Shown here: one piece after another, positions 1 through 14,132 of the stretch
How the letters are laid out: each line of letters opens with the position of its first letter
How positions within the stretch are numbered: the stretch's first letter is position 1
Source: Amoebidium appalachense
Lineage: Eukaryota > Protista > Ichthyosporea
Direction of reading: 5' to 3'
Assembly: GCA_963693365.1 (NCBI GenBank)
Contig: CAVNZM010000002.1
Span: forward strand, 744,001-808,000
Length of the DNA stretch: 64,000 nucleotides
Notes under the pieces: model-generated
Told to the model about the DNA's origin: nothing
The model's database searches: none
What the model saw: only the letters and a program-made list of their open reading frames with translations
Program-made: the position numbers and the translations under genes

Positions 1-341
1 GTTAGTGACATGCAGTCCTGAGTGCTTTGGGAGTTTTCGAAGTTTCATCAACTACATCCCACACATCGGTGTGGAGTGTGTGAACCTTGCCCCCCCCCCC
101 CCCCCCCCCCCTCCCCCCCCTACCTCCCCCCCCCCTTCCTCCCCCCCCCTCCCCCCGTCTCTTCTCCCCCTCCCCCCTCCTCTCCCCTCCTCTTCCCCCC
201 CCCCCCCCCCCCCCCCCTCTCCTCCCGGACAAAAAGACAAAACAAAACGAAAAAGACTGTTTGCCTCCAACAAGACATATATTTAAAAAAGTACCGAGAG
301 CGCACCCAGAGTGGCACCCAAAGGGGTAAAACAGGGGATTG

Positions 342-375
<34 letters not shown>

Positions 376-1408
376 GGGGGGGGGGGGGGGACAAAAGAGG
401 AGTCTCCGGCCAGGAGGGAAGACAGCACAGTGGGACACACAGTGACTCCCCTCTGAGGACTAATAATATGCAGGCAGACACCAGAGCATGAAGGAATGCA
501 AAATTCAGCTCTCTCGGTCCCTCCCTCTCACCCTCCCTCCCTCTCCCTCTCTCGGTATTTCTTTGCGCGTGCAGACGTAAAACACGTACACGTACACACA
601 CACACTCTCTCTCTCCCTACCCCTTCACCTTCCTCCCTCTCTTTCGCAATCTCTCTCTCCCTTGCCTCGCTCCCTCACTCCCTTCCTCCCTCTCCTTTTC
701 CCTCTCTCTCTCCCTCTTCTCTTCGCTCCCCCTCACCCACGTGCACGCCTCTCTTTGTCCCTCTCCCTCCCTCTCTGTCTGTCTGTCGGTCGGTCGGTCA
801 CTCTCTCTCTCTCTACCCTCCCACCCTCACGCCGTCCACACCTCCCGTTGAACCCCCCCTCCCCCCCCCTCCCCCCCCTCAACACACACACACCCATCAT
901 TCCCCCTTTCAACCATTAAGTCGTGTTGGCTTCTCCCCTTCGCTCCTCTCCCTTCACCTGCTCTCAACTTCTCTCCCTCCGCCTTCCCCACCTCGACCAG
1001 CCCCTATCCCACACACGCACATGCACAAACTGCCTCCCGTCCATCATAAGCACAGACCTTTTTCAAAGTCATCCTAACACCCCCCCCTTTTCCATTCTTC
1101 ATGTGCCCAGCCTTGTGTCTCACTGTGAAACACCATTTCACTTGCCCCTTCCCCATGCCCTCTCCCCTCCCCTCCTTGCATCTCGCCCCTTCTTCTTTCC
1201 CCTGCTTTAAAGCTCTTCAACCCTACACCGCCCCCTTCATCACCCTCTTCCCTCTCCACGCGCTCTCATTACTTTTTTCCTTTTAACAACCCTGCCCTCC
1301 GCTTTTTCTTATCCCTTGACCACAAACACACACTCGCACACACACACACAAAGCACACACACACACAAAGCACACACACGCACATGCAGACACGCACAGG
1401 TAACCTAC

Positions 1409-1461
1409 AGGCTGTTGAACCGGAACATGTCGTCGCACGTAAAGCGCCGGATAGACGTCAT
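1409..1461 (-). CDS. NAA20: N-alpha-acetyltransferase 20 (NatB catalytic subunit), first coding exon only; the rest probably lies beyond the left edge of the window
   Basis: ATG at 1461 translates MTSIRRFTCDDMFRFNS(L), then a phase-2 GT donor (CT|gtaggt, 1408). This matches the conserved NAA20/Nat3 N-terminus (MTTLRAFTCDDLFRFNNI). The next exon (NLDxLTET) was not found in 1-1400. Confidence 0.8.
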
Positions 1462-1529
1462 GGTTGCAGCCTGTGTATGACCGTTTATGAAAAGTGTAGG
1501 TGTAAAGTGTGCAAGCCCCAACTACTAAT

Positions 1530-1656
1530 AAATAGTGGTCACTTAGTACTTCACAACTACTACTAAATAGTGGTCACTTAGTACTTCACAACTACTACTA
1601 AATAGTGGTCACTTAGTACTTAACAACTACTACTAAATAGTGGTCACTTAGTACTT
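1530..1656. repeat. 35-bp tandem repeat, ~3.6 copies (AAATAGTGGTCACTTAGTACTTCACAACTACTACT)
   Basis: Units start at 1530, 1565, 1600 and 1635; near-identical and contiguous, with no spacers. Confidence 0.95.
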
Positions 1657-2157
1657 AGTAAGGGTCGTGTGCACCGTGTGAGTCTGACACTTCATCTCAG
1701 TCAGCCTCGCGCTTAGGAATTGATTGCGCAAACGTGCACCCGGAATTCAAGCCGATGGCGCAAACAAAAGCTGCCACTCTACAGTCACCATGTGAGACTG
1801 CAAAGTAACGATGTTTTTGTGTTGCACACGTGCATTAACACACGTAGTCACGATGCCTTGAAAAAGCAGTAAGCCTTACATGGAACATAGCCACGTCAAA
1901 ACAGATCAAAATGTGTTGATGCTGTGGCTGCGATGAACGTCATGGCGCACATGTCCACATGTGATGTATACCACGTCCATGCACATGCCCACACCATCCA
2001 CACCGCACCTGTGTGCTAGACAAAACGTTTTGTCGCGGCACTGATTCGATGACAGGCTGTTTGTCCTCACCGTAACACTGGTGTGGGCTTGCGTGTGTGT
2101 GTGCGTGTCTGTGCATGTGTGGGTGTGTGGGCGGTGCATATGTATGGTGTGCGCACG

Positions 2158-2245
<88 letters not shown>

Positions 2246-2548
2246 TGTGTATGCATGTCTGTGCGCGTGCGTGTGTGTGAGTGTGTACATGTGTGTTCTT
2301 GAGTGTGTGTGTGTATGTATGTGTAAAAGAGGGCCGAGGGGAGAGGGGAGAGAGTGGAGGAGGAGTTGGGGGGGGGGGGGCAGGGGGAGGAAGGGGGGAG
2401 GGGAGTGGTAATATTATTCCTGGAGGCCATAGGGCAAAACCTCTGTTTTAATTCAAAGGCGCACGGCTGAAGAAGCCGTGGTATGAGGCATATGGGTGGT
2501 GCCCCCCCTCCCCGCCCCCACCCCCTCCCCCCACCCACCCACCCCACC

Positions 2549-2591
<43 letters not shown>

Positions 2592-2850
2592 ATCCCCCCC
2601 ACAAAAAAAAGAACAATAAAAAAAGAAATAGAATTCCTCCTGATCCTTTGTTCAATGAGATTAATCGATATGGTATCGATTAGCTATGTACATGTATTGG
2701 CTGTACTAAAGTCCTGCAAGTACCCGAAGAAACCATGATGCTTGTGTCACGGTATGTGGGGGGATGTGTGTACGGGTCGGGTTTGGGGCCCGGGGGGGGG
2801 GGGGGGGGGGGGGGGGTGCGGCTGGAGGGGAGGGCGGGAATGGGGTTAGA

Positions 2851-2886
<36 letters not shown>

Positions 2887-3037
2887 TTCATTCACACAGG
2901 TGATAGGAATTAGCCAGTGGCGAGTCCGTTCACGAAACAATTCGAAATTTGAATTTGCACATGCATTAATTCGTACATGTGTTAATTGGCACATATATTC
3001 TTGTTTTTTTTTCTTTTTTTCTTTCTTTTTTTTTTTT

Positions 3038-3068
<31 letters not shown>

Positions 3069-4073
3069 GGAGGGGAGGTGTGGGGCAAGGGGAAGGAGGG
3101 GGGGGGGGGGGGGGGGGGGGATGGAGCGGTCATGTGGGAAGCACCTAGGGAGAAAAGGCAAAAAGCAAATGTGGTGATCAGGTGCTGGTTGACTCGTTTC
3201 GAACCAAAGTTTGATAAGAAGATCATCATCTGAATGTGTTGTTCAAAGCAGCATTTTTTCATTTTTGAATAGTTTATTAAACTCCGCTCTCCTCCCCCCC
3301 CTCCTCCTCGATCCTCCCCTCCCCCCTCCCCCTCCCCCCCCTCCCCCCCCCCCCCCCCCCCCCCCAGCGCGCGCAAAAAAAGGCCCTGCGGTGCGACTGC
3401 GCAAAATGCTGTAAAAGGTCATCATAGTACCAGCCAAGACGGGATGCGAGTCTGGTGCTTCACATATGCAAAAGGAATCATGGGAGTGCAGAGAGCAAAT
3501 GGTAAAGGGTTAAACCGTTGGGGACATGAGTGAGTTCCGGTTCACCCCCACAGTGGGTGTCGTGTTGCATCTCACTTGTAAGCTTGTAAATCCGGTCAAA
3601 GCATCCACTTCTAGCCACACACATATGCACAAGGGACACAGCAAACCTGCCCCCCTCGCCGTGCCGTGTTAGGCATACCACCAACCCCCCATCCTCCCTC
3701 CTCCCTCCCTTTCTCCCCCCCCCTCCCCCCCCCCCCCCCTGCCCTCCCCGCCTGCCCCGCCCCCACCCCAACCCTAGCAGCCCTTCCCCTCGGTGCATGA
3801 GGGAGGAATACAACCCCGTTCAATAACCCCAAACTCTCCTCTCTCTCGGTTTTTTTAGGGTTGGGGGTGGGGGTGGTGGGGAGAAATTCTCACTTGGCCA
3901 TTTACCTCCTCCTACTCCCCTCCCCCCCCCCTCCCCCCATCCCTCCCTCCCTTCCCTTACTCGAGGTGTGTGTACTGTGTGCGCGTGACTGTATGCGTGT
4001 GCCAGTCCGTGTTGTGTGGGTGTGGGACCGTGTATTTGCGTGTGCTGTGTTTGTAAATGGTGTGTATGTGTGT

Positions 4074-4168
<95 letters not shown>

Positions 4169-7100
4169 TGTGTCTGTGTATGTGCGTGTTTGCGTGTGTG
4201 CATGTGTGTGTGTGCGTATGAGTGTGTGTCACACGTGTGTGTGTGTGTGTGTGTGTGTGCCTCTGTGTGACACTATGTGGATGCGTTACGGCCACCGCGC
4301 GCGCTTTTTTTTACGGGTACTGTGCACGTGTGCGTGTCTGTGGGTGTGGGGAAACATGCACCTTGGTACACGTTTGTGTCTTTTGTGAGGCCGCGCTTCA
4401 GTGCATGTGTGCATGTCGGTGTGTTTGTGGTGTGACTGAAGCACACACAGAGTACCGTAGTATGACCGTCACTCCTTAGCAAGTCTCAGTCTGGATCAGT
4501 ATGAGTCTGAGTTATTATTGTAACATACACATAAGGTCTTGCATTATTAAAGATGGGTCACAGGTTGAGACATACCCGAGACTCTATTAAGAGCACATAG
4601 CGCACAGGCCACCACAGAGAGCCCACCGAGAACCACCTCCACACATATAACATAACAGTGTTCACGCATGTGTACATGTGCACGTGCTGGTGTGTAAATG
4701 TGTACACGTGTTTTTGCCCGTAATCATGTGCAAGCATTTCTAACATGTTATCGTTCCACACATTCAGGAGCGGATCTGGATTGCATTTGCACACACCATT
4801 CTTCGCTATCGCTTCATTTCATCAAAGTATGCATCGCACAGCACTGGTCACGTGATCATGACATACTCATATATAGATCATGTGCAATCGTGTGGAAAGG
4901 ATTTCTTTCACCCAGCTGCAGATGCGCGAGCACTAGGCACCGAGAGCAAGCCCTGGCAGTAGAGCACAGAAGTGATCGGTGGTTGTTGATATCGATGTTT
5001 ATTGACTAGTGATTGAATGAGTCCCGTCATTCTGGTTCATATACCTTCGTAGCTGAGAGAGTCAAGATATGATTGGGTAACTCACAATCCAATCGGAACT
5101 AAGCTAAATAATAAACCAATCAGATCACCTTCTAAGAATGTTCTGCACGAATCAGGAATATGAATACATTGATCCGGATCTTGAATAGATCCCGGCGGTA
5201 CGCTAGTGTATGCACACAAGTCACACTATCGTAACAAGCCCTTTTGATCGCATCGATCATAGATATAGGAGCACATCACTACCCTAACATGGATGAGTAA
5301 ATATATCTATACGATATCGAGATGATTGATGTCTCCTGCAGGCTGGCATCTATGTCACAACCCGCTTACATGTCGGATAGGGCTAAACTTGAGATAATAC
5401 ATAGCTCTGCTACATGCACACACACTCACTCACTCACTCACTAACACTCAATCACTCGTACACTCCCTCCCCTCCCCCCCCCCGTCCCCTCGAGCTCTCT
5501 CTCCCTCCCTCCCTCTCTTTCACCCCCCTCTCTCTCCCTCCCTCCCCACCCTCCCTCCCCTCCCCTCCCCTCCCCTCTCCCCCCCCTCTCTCCTCCCCTC
5601 GTCCTCTCCCTCTCTCTCCCTTTCCCTCTCTAACGTTAACACAAGCATATTCACACCCTCAAATGCACACACACATGCACACCCACCAACACACGCGCGT
5701 GCACACACACACGCGCGCACGCACAGAAACACACACACAAAGACAGAGATAGAGAGATAGAGAGAGAGAGAGAATGTGCGTGTGTGTCCCGTACGCGTGA
5801 TCGTTTTCTTGTGTTTAGGTATATACTAAGAGCTTCATATCAGTCACAACTACTACCACATCGCGCGTTAGCGTTACATGTATACATATATTTTTGGGTT
5901 TCTCCGAAATCCGGATCCACAGCATCACCACAGAAGCTCGGAAGCAGCCCTTGGAGTGATACTCAGGAGCCGTCAGCCACTCAGAGAGGGCCACCTGCCT
6001 GACTTTTTTTTGGCAGTCAGTCTTAAAAGATGCGTGACGGGAGCCCCACTTGCCCGGTAATGTTAAAGAGTTGCTGATGGAGACAAAATAAAGTATGCAA
6101 ACATATTTAATGGTGCACCTGCCGATGAGTCATTGGTAGTTTAATAGCGACGTCAGGGTAACTGATGTCGTGCTGATGTGTACAATTCCCGAATGATTTA
6201 GTCATTTATATGAAACATATGTATGGCTCACATATAGATTGTAATGGTGCATTGCCCTAATGTATACATAGACACGTCCGTGGACACCTGCATACCCTGT
6301 GTAGGCTGGGCCTTCATTGTGCATGAAAGTACTGTGTGCGAGTGTGCGGTTACTGTCACATTCCTTGGGTGCGTTGTGCTCCAATCGCATACATTGTTTA
6401 CAAAAATCTGATACTTAAACAGCCAATAGGAATAGCTTTTGGCTCATGAGACATTCCTAAATTATCCTAATGGCCATGCTGGTACCGGCGGTCCGGCCAA
6501 TGCAAGTGATTGGCTTCGAGAGCACCAAGTAGGATCATGAATGTGTACACGCTCCTCGTTCAACCGCAGCGTACGCCCATGTTCATGAGTATGGGATAAG
6601 TAAGGTACATCGTGCACGCAACCACAGCGAGGAGTTGGGAGCATTATGCTACTGAATTCGAATAGAATAATGTGAGCGAACCATCCATCAAACATTCATA
6701 ATAAATGTATATGCAAAGCTGGGCCCCACCAACATGGAGAACCAAAAATAAATGAAAAAGGAAACAAATTTAGAGCTGTGCAATTATAATGCGTTGTCTT
6801 TTTGAAGTATTCTGTAACGGGTCGCCAGCGTCAATATGTTTTGATGCACGTGCCTAAACGTTGGCCACACGTCACGACTTTATTGGCGGTATGCTGTGTT
6901 ATCATTATTGTGTCAAGTCTGGCGGCCAGTACCCGAATTTCAACGATATCGATGGGGGTTGATTAACGTGAATGAATAGATGCATATGATGCAATGTTTG
7001 TCGTAAGTCTGGTGCCATGCATGTAATAACTGTAGTACAGCTAAGTATACTATGTAGTAATAGTAAATACACAATTCGATGGTGCGACCTGTTCTAGGGC

Positions 7101-7233
7101 AAAGTGCGCGGAAGCAACAATAATACATCCGCATGCATGTGGCCATGGTGCCACGGATTGATCATCAGCATGACGATCATTGACAAGTGGGCGATTGAAG
7201 CACTTTAGCAACGATAAGAGCTTACGGCAGGCT

Positions 7234-7284
7234 GCCAATCTCATACCATTCATAATGAGCGTTAATGAGCCCGCGCCTATAAAA
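7234..7284 (+). promoter_or_regulatory. Candidate core promoter (CCAAT box + TATAAAA) of the choice-of-anchor A gene
   Basis: GCCAATC at ~7234 and TATAAAA at 7278-7284, about 110 bp upstream of ATG 7392. Confidence 0.5.
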
Positions 7285-7391
7285 GGCCCTTCCAGGTAAA
7301 AAGTGTGCCAGACAGCTCCTGCATCAGTATTCAGTTGTCGTTCGAAAACCCTCCTCCGAGTAGCCCATCTGCGCAGTATTCGCCCACCAAA

Positions 7392-8748
7392 ATGTTCGGC
7401 AAGAACTTTCTGATGTCTGCCATGGTGGCAGCTGCAAGCGCCCTCGTTGGTGAGTAAAGTGTTGACGTGTTGCTTAGATTCATTTACACGACAGGTGTGC
7501 ACTGTGGAGTTTTTAAATAATACATACTTCTTTTTTGGACTTGCCAATGTCGTTTGTTGACTCTTGGCATGGCAGTAGTAACCTGTGTTTGCAACATTCC
7601 TTGTGATTGCAGTTTTCGTTACCAGGGTACAACAGTTGGTGCACCACTGTTCTGAGGGTGATCCTTTAGGCTATATATGTCGCCCCGCACTGTTCAGGCC
7701 CCTTCGGGGACAACGCAGGATTGATATTAACTAAAATGGTAAACAAAGGCATACCCCCAGAGCCAGAGCCTGACCAGATTTATTACTCTGAAACTCACTT
7801 AAGCATGACATTCGCCCCCGGCCCCCCCAGCCACTGCCCAGGACAGCGCATGCACCTGCCCTGTCCGCGGCTGCACGGCACCTCTGGAGGCCTGGGGCCC
7901 GCTCAGCGGCTACAACCTTGTGGCCCTTAATGATTTGTCTGCCGGTGCGGCCGAAATCGAGGGGCCTGTAGCTGTGGGGGGCACCTTTAAGGTGGTCACC
8001 ACCACCGGGGCCCAGGGAGGCATTGGTCACATGCTCTACTGCGAGCCGGGTGAATTCAACAACAACTGCCCAGCCAGCCTGACTAACGTGGCCAGCTCTC
8101 TGGCTCTGGGCTCACGCACGTGCAGTGAGCTAGCGAAGGACAGCAAGGTGACCAATGGGCTGACGGTTGCCGGGGCCATCCAGAACTACAAGAGCGGGCG
8201 GGTGCAGATGGGTCACATACTGGTCAGCACCGCAATCAAGGAGGCAAATGACCTGGACAGCCACCTGCCTAATGCCGCTGATACTGGATGCCAGGTGCGT
8301 GTGTCACTGCTGATGCGCTTTACGTACATATCTGCATTGGCCATGGTTAGCTGTATGTAGACGACTCGTGGCCTCGAGCGCCTCTCCGAAGCGCACCCCC
8401 GTAAACTATGCATGCAGTTACAGCTAGTCTCACCGTAACTTGATCACAATGAGGTGGTATGCATTTTACACCAGGCCCTTTGAAAATTCCCCCTTTAGAA
8501 TGAGCCCGATGCATCATCTGCCTATGGAAAAATATGCGTCGAAATGGCAATGTTTTAAAAATGTGCATCAAAATGGCAAGGTGCTCCGAGACTCCCTGTA
8601 AAGCTCCCTCCCCTATTTCCCTGGGTGTTCCCTTGCACCCCTTCTTTCTCTCTCTCCCTCTGACCTGCAAGAAACAGCACCGATTCCTCAAAAACATATT
8701 ACAATATTACCATGAAGGCACATAACTGACTCCCTCCCCCCCCCTCCC

Positions 8749-8782
<34 letters not shown>

Positions 8783-9349
8783 CAGGTGATTGGTGACGGC
8801 AGCCTGTTCACGCTGTTTGACGACCTACGAGCCAAGGCCAGTGAGCTAGTGGCCTACTACACCTCACTGCCTGCCTCTGGCATGGCCCCAGCAGCAGTCA
8901 ACAGCGGCTTCCTCCAGCTAAGGCCCCGTGCCACGGTGGCCTCTGAGGTGATCACCATCGACCCCAGCCTGGTCGGCAGTGCCCGGCAGGTCACGTTCTT
9001 CACCGAGCCAAACACGCAGTCGGGCCAGCTAGTCATCATCGTGCCCGGCACAGGCAGTGTGCGCATGCCTGCCGCAGCCGAAAATGCCCGTGTGCACAAC
9101 ATGGCTTCCAGAACCATCTGGGTGTTTCCAGATGCCACCGAGGTGGTCATGAACGTGCCTAGTGTTGGCTCTCCCCACGTGGGACACATTCTTGCCCCCA
9201 AGGCCACCATCAAGAAGTCTGGCCAGGGCATGTACATTGGCCGTGCTGTGGCCCGCAACATTGAAATTCTGACGCAGGTTAACTATCTGGTGGATAACAT
9301 TGCTCCTGTGTGCAAGGTGTCTCAGCGCACATGCGTTCAGTTTGCGTAA
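7392..9349 (+). CDS. Secreted choice-of-anchor A domain protein (~361 aa)
   Basis: Exons 7392-7449, 7831-8294 and 8786-9349, GT-AG with compatible phases. Signal-peptide-like MFGKNFLMSAMVAAASALVATA. Family-like motifs YNLVALNDL..EIEGPVAVGG, LVIIVPG, TIWVFPDAT and GHILAPKA..G.AVA. The end could alternatively splice at 9316. Confidence 0.75.
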
Positions 9350-11051
9350 ATGTGTGAATGTCGTATGCATTATAGTTATGGATACAAGGAGAACTATATT
9401 GTAATATAGTTCAACTGTACCGTTTAGGATTTTGGGATTTTGGTATCGGATAGGTAGTTTAATATATCATGAGTAGAACGGTAACCCCGATTGTATTGGG
9501 TTAGTGAAGTTGTCGTGTCTGTCTCTTACATACTCTACGCGAGAAGGAAAGACAAAAATATTCATCCGTATCGACCCGCTCTGAAATAAACTTATTGCAT
9601 ATGGCAGTGGCCACCGAGACACACACTTGCAGATACCAAATAATTAATTGCTGCCTTTTTATCCTCCGAAGCCCGGGCAGCATATGCATGTTTACATGCC
9701 GCTTAATACAACTTATGTTTGTGAGTACATAAGGCGTGTGGTGAGAGTGGGGGTGGGTGCACGTGTTATTCTTGTTTGTGTGCTACAGTCTATGTGTATG
9801 TGTTGTTATTGTAGGGGAGGAGGAGGGGGGGGGGGGGGGGGGAGTTTGGGGAGAAAAAGCTAAAGAGAAGTTTGAGCGGAATATTTACGCATGTTGAGCT
9901 TCACGTGCCTGGCTCTAATAGTGTGTGATTCCGTGTCTCCCCACGGTCTGTCTCTCTCTCTCTCTGCGTGTGCGTGTGTGTGCGGGTGTCACTGTGTTTA
10001 TGTTGTTTTTGTGTGTGTGTGTGTGTATGTTTTCTTTCTTGTGTGTGTGCGCGCAGTGCCTGTTGTTTCACGTTTGTGTGCGCTCGCACGTGTACGTGCC
10101 TGCATGCTGGGTGTCAGTAACAACTATGTGTGTGCGCATTTGTGTGCATACGGTATATTGGGTGTGTGTGTGTGTGCGGAATGTGTGGGCGTGTGCACGT
10201 GTGTGTCTGGGTGTGTGCGCGCGTGTGTGTGTTGGTATGGCCCAGTGCGGGAACGTGTGTGTTTGTGTGTGCGTGGTGGCACACTGTTTGCACGTGTGTG
10301 TGAGTGTGTGTCACGTGCGTGCGTGCACGTGTGTGTGTGTGCATGTGTGTTTAGATACGTCTTGTGTGTGCGTGCCTGTGCATGTGTGCATGTATGTGTG
10401 TGTAACGTTGATGTGTATGTGGGGGGGGGGGAGGGGGAGGGGAGGGGGGGGGGGAGAGCGATTTGGCTGGGTGTTTGTGGGCGCGTGTGGATGGGCCGGT
10501 GCCTCTGAATTGGAGAATTACCGTGATACTGGTAACTAGCTTTTTCCCATTCTTTTTTGGTTTGAGCTGGCTGGCTGGCTCAGCCTGGTCGTTGTATTAC
10601 TCGAACCTTGTTGTTGTTGTAACATTGCTTTGTGTGTGTGGGTAGTTTTCTCCTGCCCCGGGGAGAGAGGGAAAGGTGGGGGGTGGGGGGATGGGGGAGG
10701 GGGGGGGGGGGGGGGGGGGAGGGGGGGGGGGGGGGGGAAGGCATCCCCCTACCTGGCTGTAGCGCAACTGCAATTAGCAGAACCCAAACGAATGCAAGCC
10801 AAGCAGACCCAGGAAAGTTTTCAACCGTGCCCTCCCCCCCCCCCCCCCCCCGGGTGGATTTCTCTTAGTCAGAGTCATCACACGGTGTGCGCATGTGCCA
10901 CTATAGAGCTGCCAACCTGCCCATAAGGCATGCAAAAACAAAAAAAAAAAAAAAAAAATGTTCGTAATTCCCGGTCTGGTGGCATGCTTGCGCACGGTTG
11001 GGGAAGAAGTGCTATGGGGGGGGGGGGGGGGGGGGGGAGGGAGGGGGAGGG

Positions 11052-11086
<35 letters not shown>

Positions 11087-11095
11087 GGGGGGCGG

Positions 11096-11131
<36 letters not shown>

Positions 11132-11244
11132 GGGTGAGGGGTTGCTGTTATCGGAAGTTTCCATTCAATGATGAAGTGTGAAGCCCAGAGGAAATAAACG
11201 AGACTGCCGAGATTGCATTGCATGGTCAGGGTGTGTGAGAGAGT

Positions 11245-11298
<54 letters not shown>

Positions 11299-11316
11299 AT
11301 GTGAGCGCCCGCGCGC

Positions 11317-11407
<91 letters not shown>

Positions 11408-11442
11408 TGTGTGTATGCGAGTGTGTGAGCGCGCGCGCGCGC

Positions 11443-11481
<39 letters not shown>

Positions 11482-12119
11482 AGTATGTGAGTGTGTGAGC
11501 GTGTGTGTGTGTGTGTTTATTCAGGTTTGGTAATCGAGAGGCAGTTATCACGGGCATGCCACTCTGAATTTTCCGATCTCCTCCTTCTTCTGGCCAATCT
11601 TTTGCCCCCTCCCCCCTCCCCCCCCCCCCCCCCCCCGCCCTCTTTTTTTTTTTTTGTTGTTGTTGTTGGGGGGGGGGGGGGGGGGGGGGGGGCTGTTCTT
11701 GTGCATGTACATATACCGTCAGATGTTCCGAGGACTCACTCATGTCTAATGTACAAGTAAATTAGCCAGCACAACATGCCATATGTATGGAGATTCAAGC
11801 CCGAATATAATCTAAACCACGCCATGCACCCTGTGTATTCAGTTTTGTACAAGTAGCAGTTCTGATCACAGTTTTATTTCTGTGTGCTTGTGTATTAGTG
11901 TAGGTTGGCGCCGTTTCGCAAATCACATCACATCACTTTACAATACACATTCATTACTTTTGTTTAATGTGACAGCGCACACTCCGACTCTGATTTACAT
12001 AGAACTATACGGTCCGAGAACACTGGTGGTTAGGTGACTGCCCGTTGTACTCAACTAATCCACCCCTAACATAGGGGCTACTATATGCATACTTATCCCG
12101 TTCACACCACACACACACA

Positions 12120-12429
12120 TCACCGAGTATTATCTGCATATGGATCTTTAAATCCCAACACCCTACTCGTCATTATACCCCTACCCTCAATCTCTATGCA
12201 ATCGCTATGAAGTGTCACAACACCATGGCACGGTTTATCCCCCGTTTCCAACACCCCCTCCAACGTTACATAATGGCACACCCCCCCCGATGGGAGGGAC
12301 ACAGAAGAATAGCCCCCCTTGTGGTAGTGGCCACAGAAATAGGCAACACAGTGTGGGTGGCGGGAGAGAAACGAGACGACTTCCTCTCCGTTGTATGTTA
12401 GGTGGCGCTCGTGCGATGAGCCGGGCGCT

Positions 12430-12460
<31 letters not shown>

Positions 12461-12616
12461 GAGAGGGGGAGGGGGAGGGGGGGGGGGGGGGGGGGGGGAG
12501 GGGGGGGAAGTTGTGTTTGTGTGTATGTGTGCGTGTGCGTGTGCGTGTGCGTGTGCGTGTGCGTGTGCGTGTGTGTGTGCGTGTGCGTGCGTGCGTGCGT
12601 GCGTGCGTGTGTGTGT

Positions 12617-12652
<36 letters not shown>

Positions 12653-12957
12653 GTGCGTGTGTGTGCGTGTGTGCGTGTGTGCGTGTGTGTGTGTTGTGTG
12701 TGAAAGCGTTATTATTCGGCACTTGGTTTCACTAAAGAGTGATACAGCACTACCCTCCCTCCAGACCAAACATGCACCAAGCAATGAAAAGAAGGGTGGT
12801 TTTGTGGGATGCATGTCTACAAGCACACTAGGGGTGTGTGTGCAGGGAGAATTTAGGAGACTGGCATGTATGTTTGTTTCTTCTCCTTTCCTTTCATTTT
12901 ACCATATTCTTGCTCGTGTTATTTTTTATTTTATTTTATTTTATTTTATTTTTTTGT

Positions 12958-12996
<39 letters not shown>

Positions 12997-14058
12997 GGGG
13001 GGGAAAGGGAGGAGGGACGGGTGGACCCACCCACACACCCATGCACATCCACGCGCACGGACACATACTCGTGAGCCTCGACACATTCTAACACACAAAC
13101 ACACCTCCACCCACCCACCCACCCACCCACCCGCCGGTATGTGCCCAAACACGATGACTCTCTGCCGGGCTGCTGATGCAGCCTGCAGTTCCGACTCCAG
13201 CCAATCAAATTGCACCTGCATGACCATGGACCAATAAGGTTAATGCTTCTGCATTGTCACCTCGTGCTGACACAATGCAGCTGCTTTTGTGCTCCTTAGC
13301 TGCGGCCAAAAGAATTAGTCGCTGAGACTCGTGTACATACAGGGCATTCCAATGACAGGCACAGCGTCAACACGGATGAATGTGCCACGTGTGTGTGTGT
13401 AAGCAGGCAAGTTTGAGGGCATTCACACACACACGACTTACGGCCACACACACACACAAACACATCACACATGCCCCCCCCCCCCCCCCCCCCTCCCCTC
13501 CCCCCTCCCCCCCCCCCCCCCCCCCCCCCCCCCAAACACACACACACACAGCCATCTGTGATTGTGATTAAGCATACCTGCGTAATGCCGCCGTTCCATT
13601 CGACGGCATTTGGCCTGCCCTGATTGGCTGCCAGCCATTCCCTGGCCTGCTTGTGATTGGCTGTGCCTTCGGGCCACGTGGTGGCCATGTCCTGGCTGTC
13701 GATGACAATAAACCGCCACCCTGCATGGGGATTTGGATTTTAAGTCTAAAATCTTTAAAATTAAATAAACCGCCACCCTGCATGGGGATTTGGATTTTAA
13801 GTCTAAAATCTTCAAAATTATATAAACCGCCACCCTGCATGGGGATTTGGATTTTAAGTCTAAAATCTTGAATATTCGATCGATCGAAAAGGAAAGCGTA
13901 TAAACACATCATGTAAGAGGAAGAATAAGAGGCCAAGGCATTTGTATTGGTCGGTGCAGAACCATACATTGCAGCAGCACGTGTCCGTATACCGTGGGAT
14001 CGAGCACGTGTGTGTGTGTGTGTGTGCATGTGTGTGTGCATGTGTGTGTGCGTGTGTG

Positions 14059-14132
<74 letters not shown>

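Noticed and set aside
1530-1656. CRISPR-like array (35-bp unit)
   Set aside because: Units are contiguous with no unique spacers, no cas genes are present and the context is eukaryotic.
4480-5410. AT-rich, GATC/ATCGAT-rich stretch resembling a decayed element or viral relic
   Set aside because: No ORF, terminal repeats or second copy in the window to support a call.
2-6000. Pro-, Gly-, His-Thr- and Cys-Val-rich ORFs here and throughout the track
   Set aside because: They are translations of poly-C/G and (CA)n/(GT)n microsatellites.
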